A stretch of 64,000 nt of DNA from contig NW_026866246.1 in NCBI RefSeq assembly GCF_026571515.1, positions 124,001 to 188,000 on the forward strand. The letters run 5' to 3'. Of the stretch, positions 13,960-26,251 are shown one piece after another (the stretch's first letter is position 1; every line of letters starts with the position of its first letter). Made by a program: the position numbers and the translations under genes. The notes beneath the pieces were generated by a model. The model searched no databases and was not told where the DNA came from. It saw only the letters and a program-made list of their open reading frames with translations. The DNA comes from Ruditapes philippinarum. Lineage: Eukaryota.

Positions 13960-16001
13960 AGAGAATAAACCTACATCTGAAGAAATAGTTTCATTTACCA
14001 TAAAATGTTGTTTTCATAATCTTGTGATCGATTCTCGGAAGAGTTGTAATCGACTGACCTTATGTTAAAGAAGTTCACATCTATTTTACATGATATAGCT
14101 GATCCATTGTTTCGTAAAGAAATTAATGTTAAGAAAAGGGTTTCATTTAACGGTAGTAGCGTTACATTAGATCAGCCTTGGTTTGACCACGAGTGTGATC
14201 GCTCGAGACATTTATCAAGAATGCGTTGTCTGCTTTTAACCGTTTTAATTCTGATATAAATAGGGAACAGTTATATTTGTACAAGAAAAGATATAAAACG
14301 ATTGTTAAGAAAAAACGTAGAATGTGTAAATTTAAACATGTGAGAGAAATAGAAAAATTAAGATTTTCTAAACCAAAAGAATTTTGGAAGTTTTTCATAA
14401 ATAAAAGTAATGTTAAACATAATCTATCACTTGATGATTTTTTCAAATATTTTTCCGAATAAGGAAACGACATTTTTCAGACTACTGATGAGGAATCTGA
14501 ATATTTTTCAAATACGCATGATTTTAATGATATTGATAACGGTGATATTTTGTTAGATCAACCAATAACTGTAAATGAAATTATAAATGCTGTAAAATCA
14601 CTTAAAAGAGGCAAGGCTTGTGGTAACGATTTTCTTTTAAATGAATATTTCATTGAATCAATTGATATTTTATCGTCTCATTTATGTGATATTTTTAATT
14701 GTATACTTGACAGTGGGCATTTTCCAGATAGTTGGACAGAAGGGGTTATTATTCCTCTTCATAAAAAAGGGGATCAAAATAATGTAAACAACTATCGAGG
14801 CATAACTTTAGTTAGCTGTTTTTCAAAAATGTTTACGTCCATTATCAATAAAAGAATTACAAACTATTGTGAGGAAAATTGCATACTGTCTGACGCACAG
14901 TTTGGTTTTAGGAAAGGAAAGTCAACTATTAATGCTTTATTTGTTTTATCTTCTATTGTTCAAAATTATGTTGACCATAACAAACGTTTATATTGTGTTT
15001 TTGTTGATTTTAAAAAAAGCTTTTGATTGTGTGTATCGGAAAGCATTGTGGTTTAAATTGCATAATCTAGGTATGAAGGTTAAATTATTGCGTATTGTTA
15101 GGGATATGTATCAAAAGGTTAAATCATGTGTAAAGGTATGTAATACCTATTCAGATTTTTTTGAATATGCTGTAGGTTTAAGACAAGGGGAGGTAACTTC
15201 ACCGGTTTTATTTTCTCTTTTTATAGATGATTTTGAACAAGACGTCAATTGTGGTTTAGAAATTAATGAAATTCTACTGATTTTAATGTTATTTGCAGAT
15301 GATATGGCTATACTTGGAAATTCACCAGACGAAATATGTAAAAGTTAAAATTTATTATGTGAATATTGTGATAGATGGGGCCTTGAAGTTAACATTGATA
15401 AAACAAAAGTTATTGTTTTTAGAAAAAGAGGAGGATTATTGCCTTCCGAGGATTTTTTTTACAAAGGCCATAAGTTACATTGTGTAAATGATTTTAACTA
15501 TTTAGGAACTGTTTTCAATTATACAGGTAATTTTGCACTCAACCAAGAACAACTCGTTGGCAAAGCATTGAATAAAATCAGAATGTCTTCTCATCCTTTA
15601 CTTATTCATACTGGCAGTTTGGAAATAATAGGTTACCTAGGAATGAACGTTATTGCGTTTATTGTAACATGCACGATCTGTTTTATTATCATTTGTCCAT
15701 GTTATGTTGAGCTTTTTAAACCTTATTACTACGTTAGACCTAGCGTTCATAAGATTTTAGATCTTTTAAATTCAACAAACAAGTTACTTTTGAAAAATCT
15801 AGCTTTGTATATTAAAAATGCTTTATATCTTATAACTACATTTACTTACAATTAATTGTAGTTCATCCTCATATGATAATTGATATGTAATGTAAATATG
15901 TTATTTCACTGTGACAATTATGCATATTGTATATATTTGTATATGTGATGATGTACTTATTGTACAAGTCATGAATAAAATTGTTGTTCTGTTCTGTTCT
16001 G
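13960..16001 (+). mobile_element. 5'-truncated, decayed LINE (ORF2 RT region; RTE-X/CR1-like group), internally deleted
   Basis: PWFD.EC, IIPLHKKGD..NYRGITLVS, QFGFRKGKST, FVDFKKAFD, GLRQGEVTSPVLF, LFADD, YLG, and a C-terminal IRMSSHPLLIHTG. Several frameshifts/stops. AATAAA followed by a (GTTCT)n tail at ~15974-16001. Confidence 0.9.
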
Positions 16002-16069
16002 TAACATAAAATGTCTCTGTTATTTATCACAAATGAATATTGAGCGTAAAATTAAAGCATTTGTTATCA

Positions 16070-19000
16070 GGCATACGACGAAGTACTTCATCTAGTGGGT
16101 TACACATGGTATGGCCACAACAGAGTCATAATACACAAAAATGCCAAGACTGGTTCTGGTGGGGTCGGTTTTTTCATTAGGAACAATTTACTTGAACAGT
16201 TTACGGTATCTGTTGTTGACAGTTCTAATGAAGGCATTTTACTTCTTAAATTGTGTCATAAATCAGACAATATTACAATCTTACCATGTGTTTGTTATCT
16301 TCCACCGGAAAACTCTTCTAGATTATTTGATGTATTCTTTACTCTCTATAGTATATCAGTATAAAGATTGTGGAACTATGTATACTAAGTATTTGCGGGG
16401 ATTTCAATAGCAGATGCGGGGATACTGATGATTTTATTAGAGGAATTGATAATGTAATTGACCGTGAAGTAATTGATTTTAGTCTTAATAGTTATGGTGA
16501 CTTATTAATAGATTTCTTAATCAATGTAAATATGTGTATGTTAAATGGTCGTGGCAATGTGCGCAACGATTTTACCTCTATTTCCACTAAAGGTAGATCT
16601 GTAGTGGATTATTGTTTTGTTAGTCATGATGATTTTGAGAAATTTGAGAAATTCAATGTTTTAAGAGTGACAGATCTTATTAATAAAACTAAACTTGTGT
16701 CTTCCATAGCATCTAGTACTCTTTCTTATGGGACATTATACTTGATAATAAATGTATTCAACATGTATTTTGCGAGAGTAAACCACATGATAAAAGTTAT
16801 TATAAATATGACGTTACTAATGTTCCAGCTGATTTTATGATTAATCAAGACACTTTATATGATGTTAACTTAGCAATTTCTAAACTTGAATGTAGTTTTC
16901 GTACACAATCTGATATTGACGAGGTATATAATGATTGGTATGGTATTGTTAAACAGAACATGCACGATAAATTACCATTTAGGGAGATTAAATATGGTAA
17001 TTGTAAAAAAGACGGCGCCCCGGAAAGCCATGGTGGACTGATCGGTTATCAGATTTGTGGAATAACGTTTGTATATCTGAAAAAGCATGGCTTTCAAGTA
17101 AAACAAAGCAAATTGTTCTACATTAAAGTCTAATTATGTAAGTACCCGTAAATTATTTGATCGCGAAGTTCAGAGAGCTAAGCGTTTCCATTGGTACTCG
17201 TTACAATCGCAGCTATTAGATGAGTGCGCTGTTAATACCACAGAGTTTTGGAAATCTATTGGCAAAATTGGAGTGAATTGTAAAAAAGATAATGGAAGTT
17301 GTTTTAGAGGATGGATCAATCTCAGGTGATATAGATATTGTTTTATCGAAATGGAAAAATGATTTTAGCTCCCTGTTCCAAACGACAAATAATGTTACGG
17401 ATACATCAAATGATAATGATATTTTTTATGACAATCTCAGTTTTAATACTCACATATCTTTGTTAGAAGTTCGAAAAGCTATTAAATCTGTTCATAAAGG
17501 TAAGACTAGTGGTATAGACAATATTCCTGTTGAAGTACTTAATAATGATGCAACAATCTCTTTTTTACATGTTTTATTTAATATATGTTTTGATAATAGC
17601 ATTGTCCCGTCGCTTTGGAGTAAGTGCATTATCAACCCCATTCCTAAATCATCCACATTGGATCGCAGAGACCCCTTGTCTTACAGAGGTATTGCCCTAG
17701 CCCCTTCTATGTATAGAATTTATTGTTCTATTTTAAACAGTAGGTTAAATGCTTGGTCCGAGAACAATGATAAGGTCTCTGACGAACAGAATGGTTTAAG
17801 AAAAGGTCGGAGTACTACAGACCAAGTACTTTGCTTAACAAATTTAATTGAAACTAGGAAAAAGTTACGTAAATCCCATTTTTGTGCTTTCATAGATTTC
17901 AAAAAGGCATATGATACTATAGATAGAAGTATTTTATGGAAGCGCTTATCTGATATAGGCATAAGTGGTAAAATGTTTGGAGCTGTAAAATTATAACATG
18001 TATCGGTAAAGTCATGTGTTAGGGTTAACAATCATAAGACAGGTTGGTTTGATGTTGATTGTGGCCTTCGTCAGGGATGTATCCTTTCACCTCTTTTGTT
18101 TAATTTATTCATTAACGATCTGTCCATTTATCTTAAATCATTTGGTAAAGGTATAGACATTGGAACCGAGAATGTTTTTATTATGCTTTACGCCGATGAT
18201 ATTGTTATACTGTTCGAATCAGCAGAGGATCTGCAAGTGTTATTAAATGCTCTAGATTGCTGGTGTTCGCTTAATAATATGAATGTTAATGCCAATAAAA
18301 GTAATGGTGTACACTTCCGACATAAATCTGAATTATCTACCAAATTTATGTTTACTTGCGGAACGAATCAGATTTGTATTGTTGATAGATATACTTACTT
18401 AGGCGTAGTATTTAATGAACATTTAGATTATGATATTACTGTAAAATTTGTTGCCCAGAGTGTCAGTCGTGCTTTAGGATTGCTAATTGCTAAATGCAAA
18501 GTCATTGGTGGTGTACCATACGATGTCTTTACAAAATTATACGACACCGTCGTTTGGCCAGTTATTAATTACAGAGCTCCATTATGGGGTTTCCGGTCAT
18601 ATTCTTGTATCGAGGCCGTTCATAACAGAGCTATGCGTTTCTTTCTTGGTGTCGGGAAATATTCACCTAATGATGGTATAGCAGGCGATATGGGTTGGAA
18701 ACCCCCAATTGTCCGACAATGGAAATGTATTTCTTTATACTGGTCTAAGCTATCATGTATGAGTTCGGCAAGAATTAATAAACGTTTGGCACACTGGCTA
18801 GTCGCTAATATAGAAACTGGTTTTTTCATGTTAGAAGTTATTATGATGTCAATGAGTTACATTTGTACACCAGTTTTATCGGTCCTTTACCCCGTTCTTT
18901 TGCCCATGCTGTTGAAATGAAAACATTGAATAATTGTATAAGTATTTGGTATAACAAAATCAACAAAGTTGTTGGGCCCTCTGGTCGTGGACGTAATAAG

Positions 19001-19818
19001 TTACGAGTGTATAGTAAATCTAAAACTGAGTATAAAGTAGAAAAATACTGTAAACTTGTATTACCACCAATTCATAGACCTGCTTTCTGTAAATTTCCTA
19101 ATCAGGGTCGCTCCCATAAGGATTGAAATGGGGAGGTATGAAGGCTAACCAGAGCAAGCCAGGATCTGTCCTTTTTTAATACTGATAGTATAGAAAATGA
19201 ATTACATGTTATCTTGAATTGTTCTCTTTACAATAATATAAGGCGGGATTTGTTGGCTAAAGCATGTTCCTTAAGTACAGCTTTTCGACACTGTCTGATG
19301 ATGACAAATACTGTTTTCTTTTTTCAAACATAGATATGATTCGTATTTGTGCCAAACCTGTTTTAATATTTGACAAAGACGCCGGTTTTTATTATGTAAA
19401 TAGCTTCTTATTCGTGTAAATATTTATATCTTTCACATTTGTATGAAATACTGCAGCTATTCTTCTTAGCTATTCTTATTAGTTTGATTTTTTAACTGAA
19501 AAGAAATCGTTATTTTAGTTTATTTTTATACGATTTCTCAGTTTTAATGTTGTATGCTTACTATCTTAAATTGCTTCTTTCAGGTAGTCACGATGTTTCC
19601 TTTTATTAGTCTATGTATAGCAATGGTTTCTCAGTTTTATCACTTAAACGTGTTGTTCTAATGATTTATGCATTTATATATATTTATATTCTAATATTGT
19701 TATATAGATATTTCATCTCTTATAACTCCATGCTGGAGTGGCATTGTTCTTTTATGCTGTAACTTTTTAACATTGTGTATATGTCTGTACAATGATGAGA
19801 TATAAATAAAGATTATTA
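16070..19818 (+). mobile_element. Decayed LINE, near-complete ORF2 (APE endonuclease + RT + C-terminal Cys/His region), different family from its neighbour
   Basis: EN motifs GYTWYGHNR..GSGGVG, CYLPPE, CGDFNSR, GRSVVDY. RT motifs PIPK..DPLSYRGIAL, FIDFKKAYD, GLRQGCILSPLLF, LYADD, YLGV. Multiple frameshifts. 3'UTR ends AATAAA (19805-19810) + gattatta. Confidence 0.92.
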
Positions 19819-21215
19819 CGTTCAGTTTGTTGATTAAATATAATGCCTATAGTACTATTTTAACCATTTAGCAATGATTTTGTGCATGTGCCATTTGTTT
19901 ATAAGGAAATTTATATGTACTAAAATATTTCTTTTATGAAGTATAAGGGAAGCATTCTTTGTATAGAAAAAAACGAAAAAGAAAACGAACAAACAAAACA
20001 CATATACTTTTGCAGCAGATATATATTTTTATACACTATATTTGACAATATCATACATCTTAAACACATGTTTCTTTTTCTTAGTATCAGCCGTCTAGTA
20101 GAATGGTGACATAATTTCCTGCAAAAAAGAAATCTATATAATTCTTATTTTACACACTGTTCACTAAATTGTCTTTGTATTTTACAAACAAATCTAACAG
20201 ATTTGTTTCATAATACACATTTTTACAGGTTTCTATGCTTAAATTGAAAAACATCTGATACATTTATATAGAATAAATTTACGATTCAAGTATCACGCAG
20301 TAACAGCATCAATTATGATATCATCAAGCCATTAAATTTTATCTCCGCTGGTTTCAGTTAGATATATTCACAAAACTTCATGTATATTATATATTTGAGA
20401 TTTTCGAGTACTTTGGAATTCGAACAAAACCTATATAAATTGGTATTGGCCGGAAGTTTACAAAACTTTTATTTTTAGTACTTGCGATTCTGTTTGTTGT
20501 AATTAAGAATGTAACAACACTTAAGTGAATTTTTTTTTAATGTATATAATTATTTTTCTAAACAATTTCTAATCAATTTCCAAACATCCAAGAACACATG
20601 TACGTTAAACATGTACTGTAAATGTTTATACGCATTATAAGTATTCATTAAAATATATGCATTCATTTCTTATTGAACATTTTGGCTTAGACTTTATTGA
20701 AAAAAAATTCTAATTACCTCCCTTTATTTACATGAGATATACAGTCGGTAATATCTTTACAATTCAATAATGCTTTTTGCAACTTACAATATTGATAAAT
20801 CTTCATTTGAGCATCATATTTATGATAAAAACAAAACCGTACAGAATGAGTTACAGGGTCTTGAATAAAGATCACAGAACGCAGTAAAACTTTAACAAGT
20901 GATACAACAGGACAATATACTTTTCCATTTCTAAAAATAATTGGTAAACTTAGAAAGGAAATTCATAGTGATACAAATATAACTCTTTACAGCAAGAGCA
21001 TTGCTGGCGAGTCATCTATGTTAAAATAACGATAGTCATAAGACTAGATTTATACAGAAAAAGACGTTGTTTATTTCCAACTTACAAATACTCACCATAT
21101 AATGTGCTAGAAGCGGTAATTTCTATTTCAATCAAAAATATCAGATAAAGTAAAAATATGTCAACAATATTCAGATTTTAAGCTATCCGTGAAAATTGAA
21201 AAAAATACTACAAAC

Positions 21216-24200
21216 CGTTAGTTTTATCATGGCCTCGGGTCCAATAGGGGGTCTTAATGGATCTCCACCTATGGAGAAGATTATCCAGTAAGTTAATAAC
21301 ACGTGCTTCTTCTTTGTTCCGCATGGAAGAATGGTATTGCCATAGTATGGTGACACTGTGCATTGGAACCAATCTGACGAGATCCTAAAATGATAAACAT
21401 CAATAAACGTAGGGTATAATTAAAGATAAAATTCGATGAAAACTTTACAATAAAACTGATGCTTTATGACAGTCATTTTTTCTGATTCTGTAATAATCTG
21501 AACATGAATACCTCTTGAACATATCTCGGGCTTCAGCAACGGTTGGAGCATTTAACTTCTTCACTGACCCGGACAATTTAGAGTTAACCTCTTGACTGCA
21601 GTTACGTATATTGTCGATCACATCGTTCTCGGGAGAATAGACACACGAGGTGTTCAGCATGTAGTCTCCGTTCAAAACTGAAAATATGTACAATATATGA
21701 ATTAGTTTTCCAGAAACTACAGGTCCGTAACACAATCTTAACTGTATTAACATTGTGCTCATTTTAGAAACATCGACATTTTTATGGCAATAGATGTACT
21801 ATGAAGCATAAAGGTAAGAGCAGTGTTACACCGCACTTCGGTGTCAAACGCACTTTAAGATCAAAGTCGAGAAATTGTTCCCAAAGTACGTTAATATGCT
21901 ACATATCAACGCACTTTGGCTTCCCAATATCTGAAGGGTCAACTGAGTTCTGTTTAAATACTGAGTATTGACTTATTTTCGGTCTGATTCATTGAAATAT
22001 TTCAGATGAAGTTCAAGATGACGGTCGATACTTAAATACATCATTCTAACTAAGTGTCGTTTAAATTCTGATGTAGCGGTAATATAAAAATGTGAGTGGT
22101 GCTTAACTGGTGAATGCTTTATTGATTTCAACTCTTTAAATACATGTATCTAAAATTTGTGACCATATAACAAATCACTAAAGTTCTTCAATTATGATAA
22201 AAGATGCTTCAAAAATATCCTATTCTGTCAGCCTAGTCCTATTTAATTGATAACTTTTAATGCAATATTGAACCATATTTAAAATATGATATGCAGTTAA
22301 TATCATTCCTCTGCATTTCATTTTCTGTTTAAATGACTTGTTACATGTTAGTTAGAAATACAATTTACCATAATAAAGTTGCATGACGGCTTCATCAAGA
22401 TTTTTACACAATAATTTTCGATATTCCTAAGTACTTGGAATACATAACATCGCTAAAGAAAACGTATACAATGCCAAGAAAAGTCTTAGAAAATTTTTAG
22501 AAAAAAAAAGATAGTTTTTAAGATATTTTATATCTTATGATTATGACCAGTAACTTTTTGTTATTCATTTTGTAGAAAACCAATTTTTACGTTTGTCAGG
22601 TGCCAATCATGTTATTTTATGAAAGTTAATGTTACGATTAAGCCAATTTAAACTTTCTTAAATATGCTTCAATATGTCCGCAACGACTAATTCTTTTTAT
22701 TTGTGGACATTTTGGACGCCGGCCTGAGACTAAAAAATAAACAGATATATCATTAAATTTTAGTACAACACGAGACAGTTTATATTCTGAATCGATGAAA
22801 ACTTACATTATTTTGGATAATTTCAGGTTTTGCAAAACTAACCTGTTTTGAGTATATGATGAATTCTTATAATATGGTTAACAATATGTTGCCTCATTTT
22901 TAAATTTTCTTTTGACCTCTGATCTGTGATATGCAGGCTTCATAACCTCTGATCCCTTTTCAAAATTCCATTTTGTTTAGTTCCGCCCATTGATTTCTAG
23001 TTTAGGATACACGCTTTTTATGACTTGGATGTTTCTAAATTCAAAATTTTAAACCTTTTCATCTCTGCTTAAGCCGGCGCTAGGGGTTTGAACAGACCCC
23101 AAAGTGTGTTTGGCACAAAGTGCCTAATTACAGAGCAGAACTTTCGAAAGTTACGTTATTGCTTTAAACAACCAGTAAAATATTCATCTTTATGTCGGGA
23201 TTCAAAACTCATGGCAACGATGGACAAGTTGTTTAATTAAACGTACCTAAACATTAGAAAACATAGACCATTTTATTGGAACAATCATATTTAGTAAGAT
23301 TTATAAAGAAGAAGAACGATGATCTATGAGTATTACATAGAAATACAACACGTGATCAAATCATACATGCTAACTGGTAAGGTGGAAAATATAGAACATA
23401 CATGTATGCACAAATTTCTTTGTGCTTACCTATAATACTTAAATTTTAAATAATTGAATCATTTTGGGAGAGACAAATTAGATGTCCAAACATTTTGTAC
23501 TTACAGTTTAAAAAATCTTGTTGCGGACAAAAAATATCTAGAGTTATGTAATTTGATTTCTTTCTTATTTTTCCAAAAGCTGTAAATACATAAGTTGCAT
23601 GATTTCGAATATCATTTTTCTTTCCGTTATTAAATTATTGTAAAAAAAAATTTAATAGCTGATCATGTAAGAAAACTTTTTTATTTGTACTTTCCATTTA
23701 CATGTATGTACGTACCACCACGGATCCAAGACGATGGTTGATTATTTTCACAAAGAAAAGAAATCTTTTCTCTAACAACATCAGTGATTGTTTCTCTCAG
23801 TTCTGGACAGACTGATATAACATCCCTTGTACATCTTGTATAAGCCTCGTTAAGTTTCCCATCACTGTTAGATAAGGAGATTGGTACTCGTTAATAGCCA
23901 GATGACTCACCTGACTTCATTTCATTTAATAGTTTAACGAGAGCACATGATACTCGCCTTACAGCATTTTTATTTGTTTGTGTCGTCAGACCAAATAAAT
24001 AATGGTAGCGAAATTTCAGAGCCTAATGCTGTTAATTGCAATTGCCTAAAGTAGTCCACTTATTTGAAGTGGTTACTTCCCTTTACATGTACACTAACGC
24101 CGAAAAATTCAGGGGAGATCAATGCGTAAAGATTGTCAAATGACAGGCGCATTAATTTTGAAGCAAAGTAGTTCCCGAATGGTCGAATATTTCTAAAAGT

Positions 24201-25383
24201 ATTTCATTCTTTATAGATATACATGCTTGCAGTAAGCTCCATGCTTATTTACATCTGTGTTAAACAACAGGTTTAGCGTCGAAATAATAAGAGTTACAAA
24301 CCCTAATTTAGAATAATATGGTTTTCTTCAAGCCATTACTACAGAACTTCATCGTGGCCGAGGGGTTTGCACGCTTGCTTATGAATCGAGAAGTCTGGAG
24401 TTCAAATCCCAGTTGAGTCAAATCAGTTTTTTAAAAAATCTTTTAAGTCAAATAAACATTGAATTGACTATCAGTGTTGCAATTAGTCTTATAGCTAATT
24501 TACTACAGTTAAAACACTGGAAAGCATTGGTGGCATTATACAAAAACAAATTGGTTTATAATCTCACAACCTTCACCATTCTGACATTCTGAGACCCAAA
24601 CAAATTCAGCGCCTTCTGTGCTTTGATTAATGATAGATTTATAATGTCGTATATATTCAGTAAACTTGAAGTATACATAATATCCAGTGGCTGGGTAAAC
24701 ATAATTTGACAATTATGTATTGACATTTATAAATAAAATATGCTATATGCAAAATTTCTTTGAAAAAAGTGACTATAACAGTGTCAGAAATTAACAGCCA
24801 TTAAACAATGATCGTATATATTTATTCAGAAATACTTTAGATCAATGACTGAGTGCTTATAATCGCCGTCTTCAAATCACTTGCGCCTCACAGTTTTGGT
24901 TAGAATCCCATCACGGATTGTTACATATTAGGAAGGTATTCGGTTAGCTAAGTTCTATTAAGATGCACACTTGTGCTTGAAATAATTTAAAACCCGAGGT
25001 CTGCCTTCTCGTGTAAAAAGGAGTCGCTATATGAACTTTACAATAAAATCCAATAAAACAAACGACATGCACAATTTTAATGATATTCAGATAGTTTTTA
25101 TGGTTGCTATAGATTAAATAAAAATATGGTTTATTATTTTCTAACAGTAATCAGTATACCTGCATGTAGATGTTATTTGTGCCAGGAAAGACTCTCTTGT
25201 TATCACGGCGGATTCCGTCAATTCGGTCATAACGCTAGAGTATCCAGTGACGTTTGATGACCGGAAACATTCCACAAACTGTTTCAGTACAGTATTTATT
25301 TCATTACAGTTAGATTCCTTCACTACTTCATCTGCGCTTTCCGAATCAGCCAGTGAAAGCACGGCGGAAACAGCTAGTAGCAT
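21216..25383 (-). CDS. Uncharacterised secreted cysteine-patterned glycoprotein, paralogue B (4 coding exons resolved; last exon not resolved)
   Basis: Exons (minus strand): 25383-25160, 23864-23716, 21677-21512, 21384-21216. GT-AG introns with the same phases as gene A; exons 2 and 4 have identical lengths to gene A (149 and 169 nt). Open frame throughout: MLLAVSAVLSLA-DSESADEVVKESNCNEINTVLKQFVECFRSSNVTGYS...TSTCS/DGKLNEAYTRCTRDVISVCPEL...FLCENNQPSSWIRG/VLNGDYMLNTSC.../ISSDWFQCTVSPYYGNTILPCGTKKKHVLLTYW...IKLT. Upstream ATG at 25409 is out of frame. Confidence 0.78.
24350..24420 (+). mobile_element. tRNA-like/SINE head remnant in gene B intron 1
   Basis: A-box TGGCCGAGGGG and B-box-like AGTTCAAATCCC. 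Confidence 0.45.
24845..25045 (+). mobile_element. Degenerate bivalve tRNA-derived SINE (RUDI/MD-like)
   Basis: tRNA-like head (gactgagtgctta...cttcaaatcacttgcgcctcac...ggttagaatccc) and body (tgcttgaaataat...gaggtct...gtcgctatatga) similar to the fragment at 45284-45366. Confidence 0.55.
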
Positions 25384-25699
25384 CACTTAAAGTAGAAATA
25401 TTTTTTCATAGATATTTAAACAATGAGAAAATTTCTTTCCTACAAAACATTTAACAAATACTGCGTATTATTTACAACCCGCGTTTGAATGTTACATGAC
25501 TTTTTAAAGTGAATTGGTACATTAGTAAAGGGTATAATGTTATACATAAAAAAGGTGTATATGGCCTTTAGTGTCAAACGTGACACCAAACAACAAAATT
25601 GCATGTACATATTGTTGGCAAGTGTGAGGAACATGATCCAAATTAAATATTTATATATAATTAATAATAAATTGTTCTAGAACACAATCTTATTATTGA

Positions 25700-26147
25700 T
25701 CATTTATTACATGCTTTTCGGTGGTTTATAGAAATATATCAGTGATTTAAAACTGGTAATTTCACTGTTTGAAACAGTGAAATTACCACTTTGATAATTT
25801 CACTGTTTTGAATTTAAGCCCCTTACGTTGTTTCAGTGAAATACCAGCGTGCACAGAACTGGGTACCAACTTAATGACGTGACGTCATAAATGACGTCAC
25901 GTTGAATTATTATTTGGCGCGCTTTTCATTCAGTATTAAGTTTAATGTCTTTTTAAAACGTTTCTTTGCATATAATAAAAAGAAAATTTGTTTAGTTTAG
26001 TGTAAGATCGAAATATATTTCACCTTGTGAACACCAAAAGTTCATATTTCACTCGTGGCTGCGCCACTCGTGAAATATACCTTTTGGTGCTCACTCGGTG
26101 AAATATATTCCGATCTTACACGGAACTAAACAAATATCCTCTATATA
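25700..26147. mobile_element. Palindromic non-autonomous element (Crypton-like MITE)
   Basis: ~150-bp hairpin at 25987-26136 centred on tttcactcgtggc-tgc-gccactcgtgaaa, with arms ttgtttagt..gtgtaagatcg.aatatatttcacc / ggtgaaatatattccgatcttacac..aactaaacaa. Family label is an inference. Confidence 0.6.
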
Positions 26148-26251
26148 AATAATAATTCAGAACTTGTTTTTTTTCTTTTTCAAGAAATATTTTGGATATA
26201 TATCAAAATGCCGCATTTCTATAGTTTTTATTAATTTATTCAATCAATATT

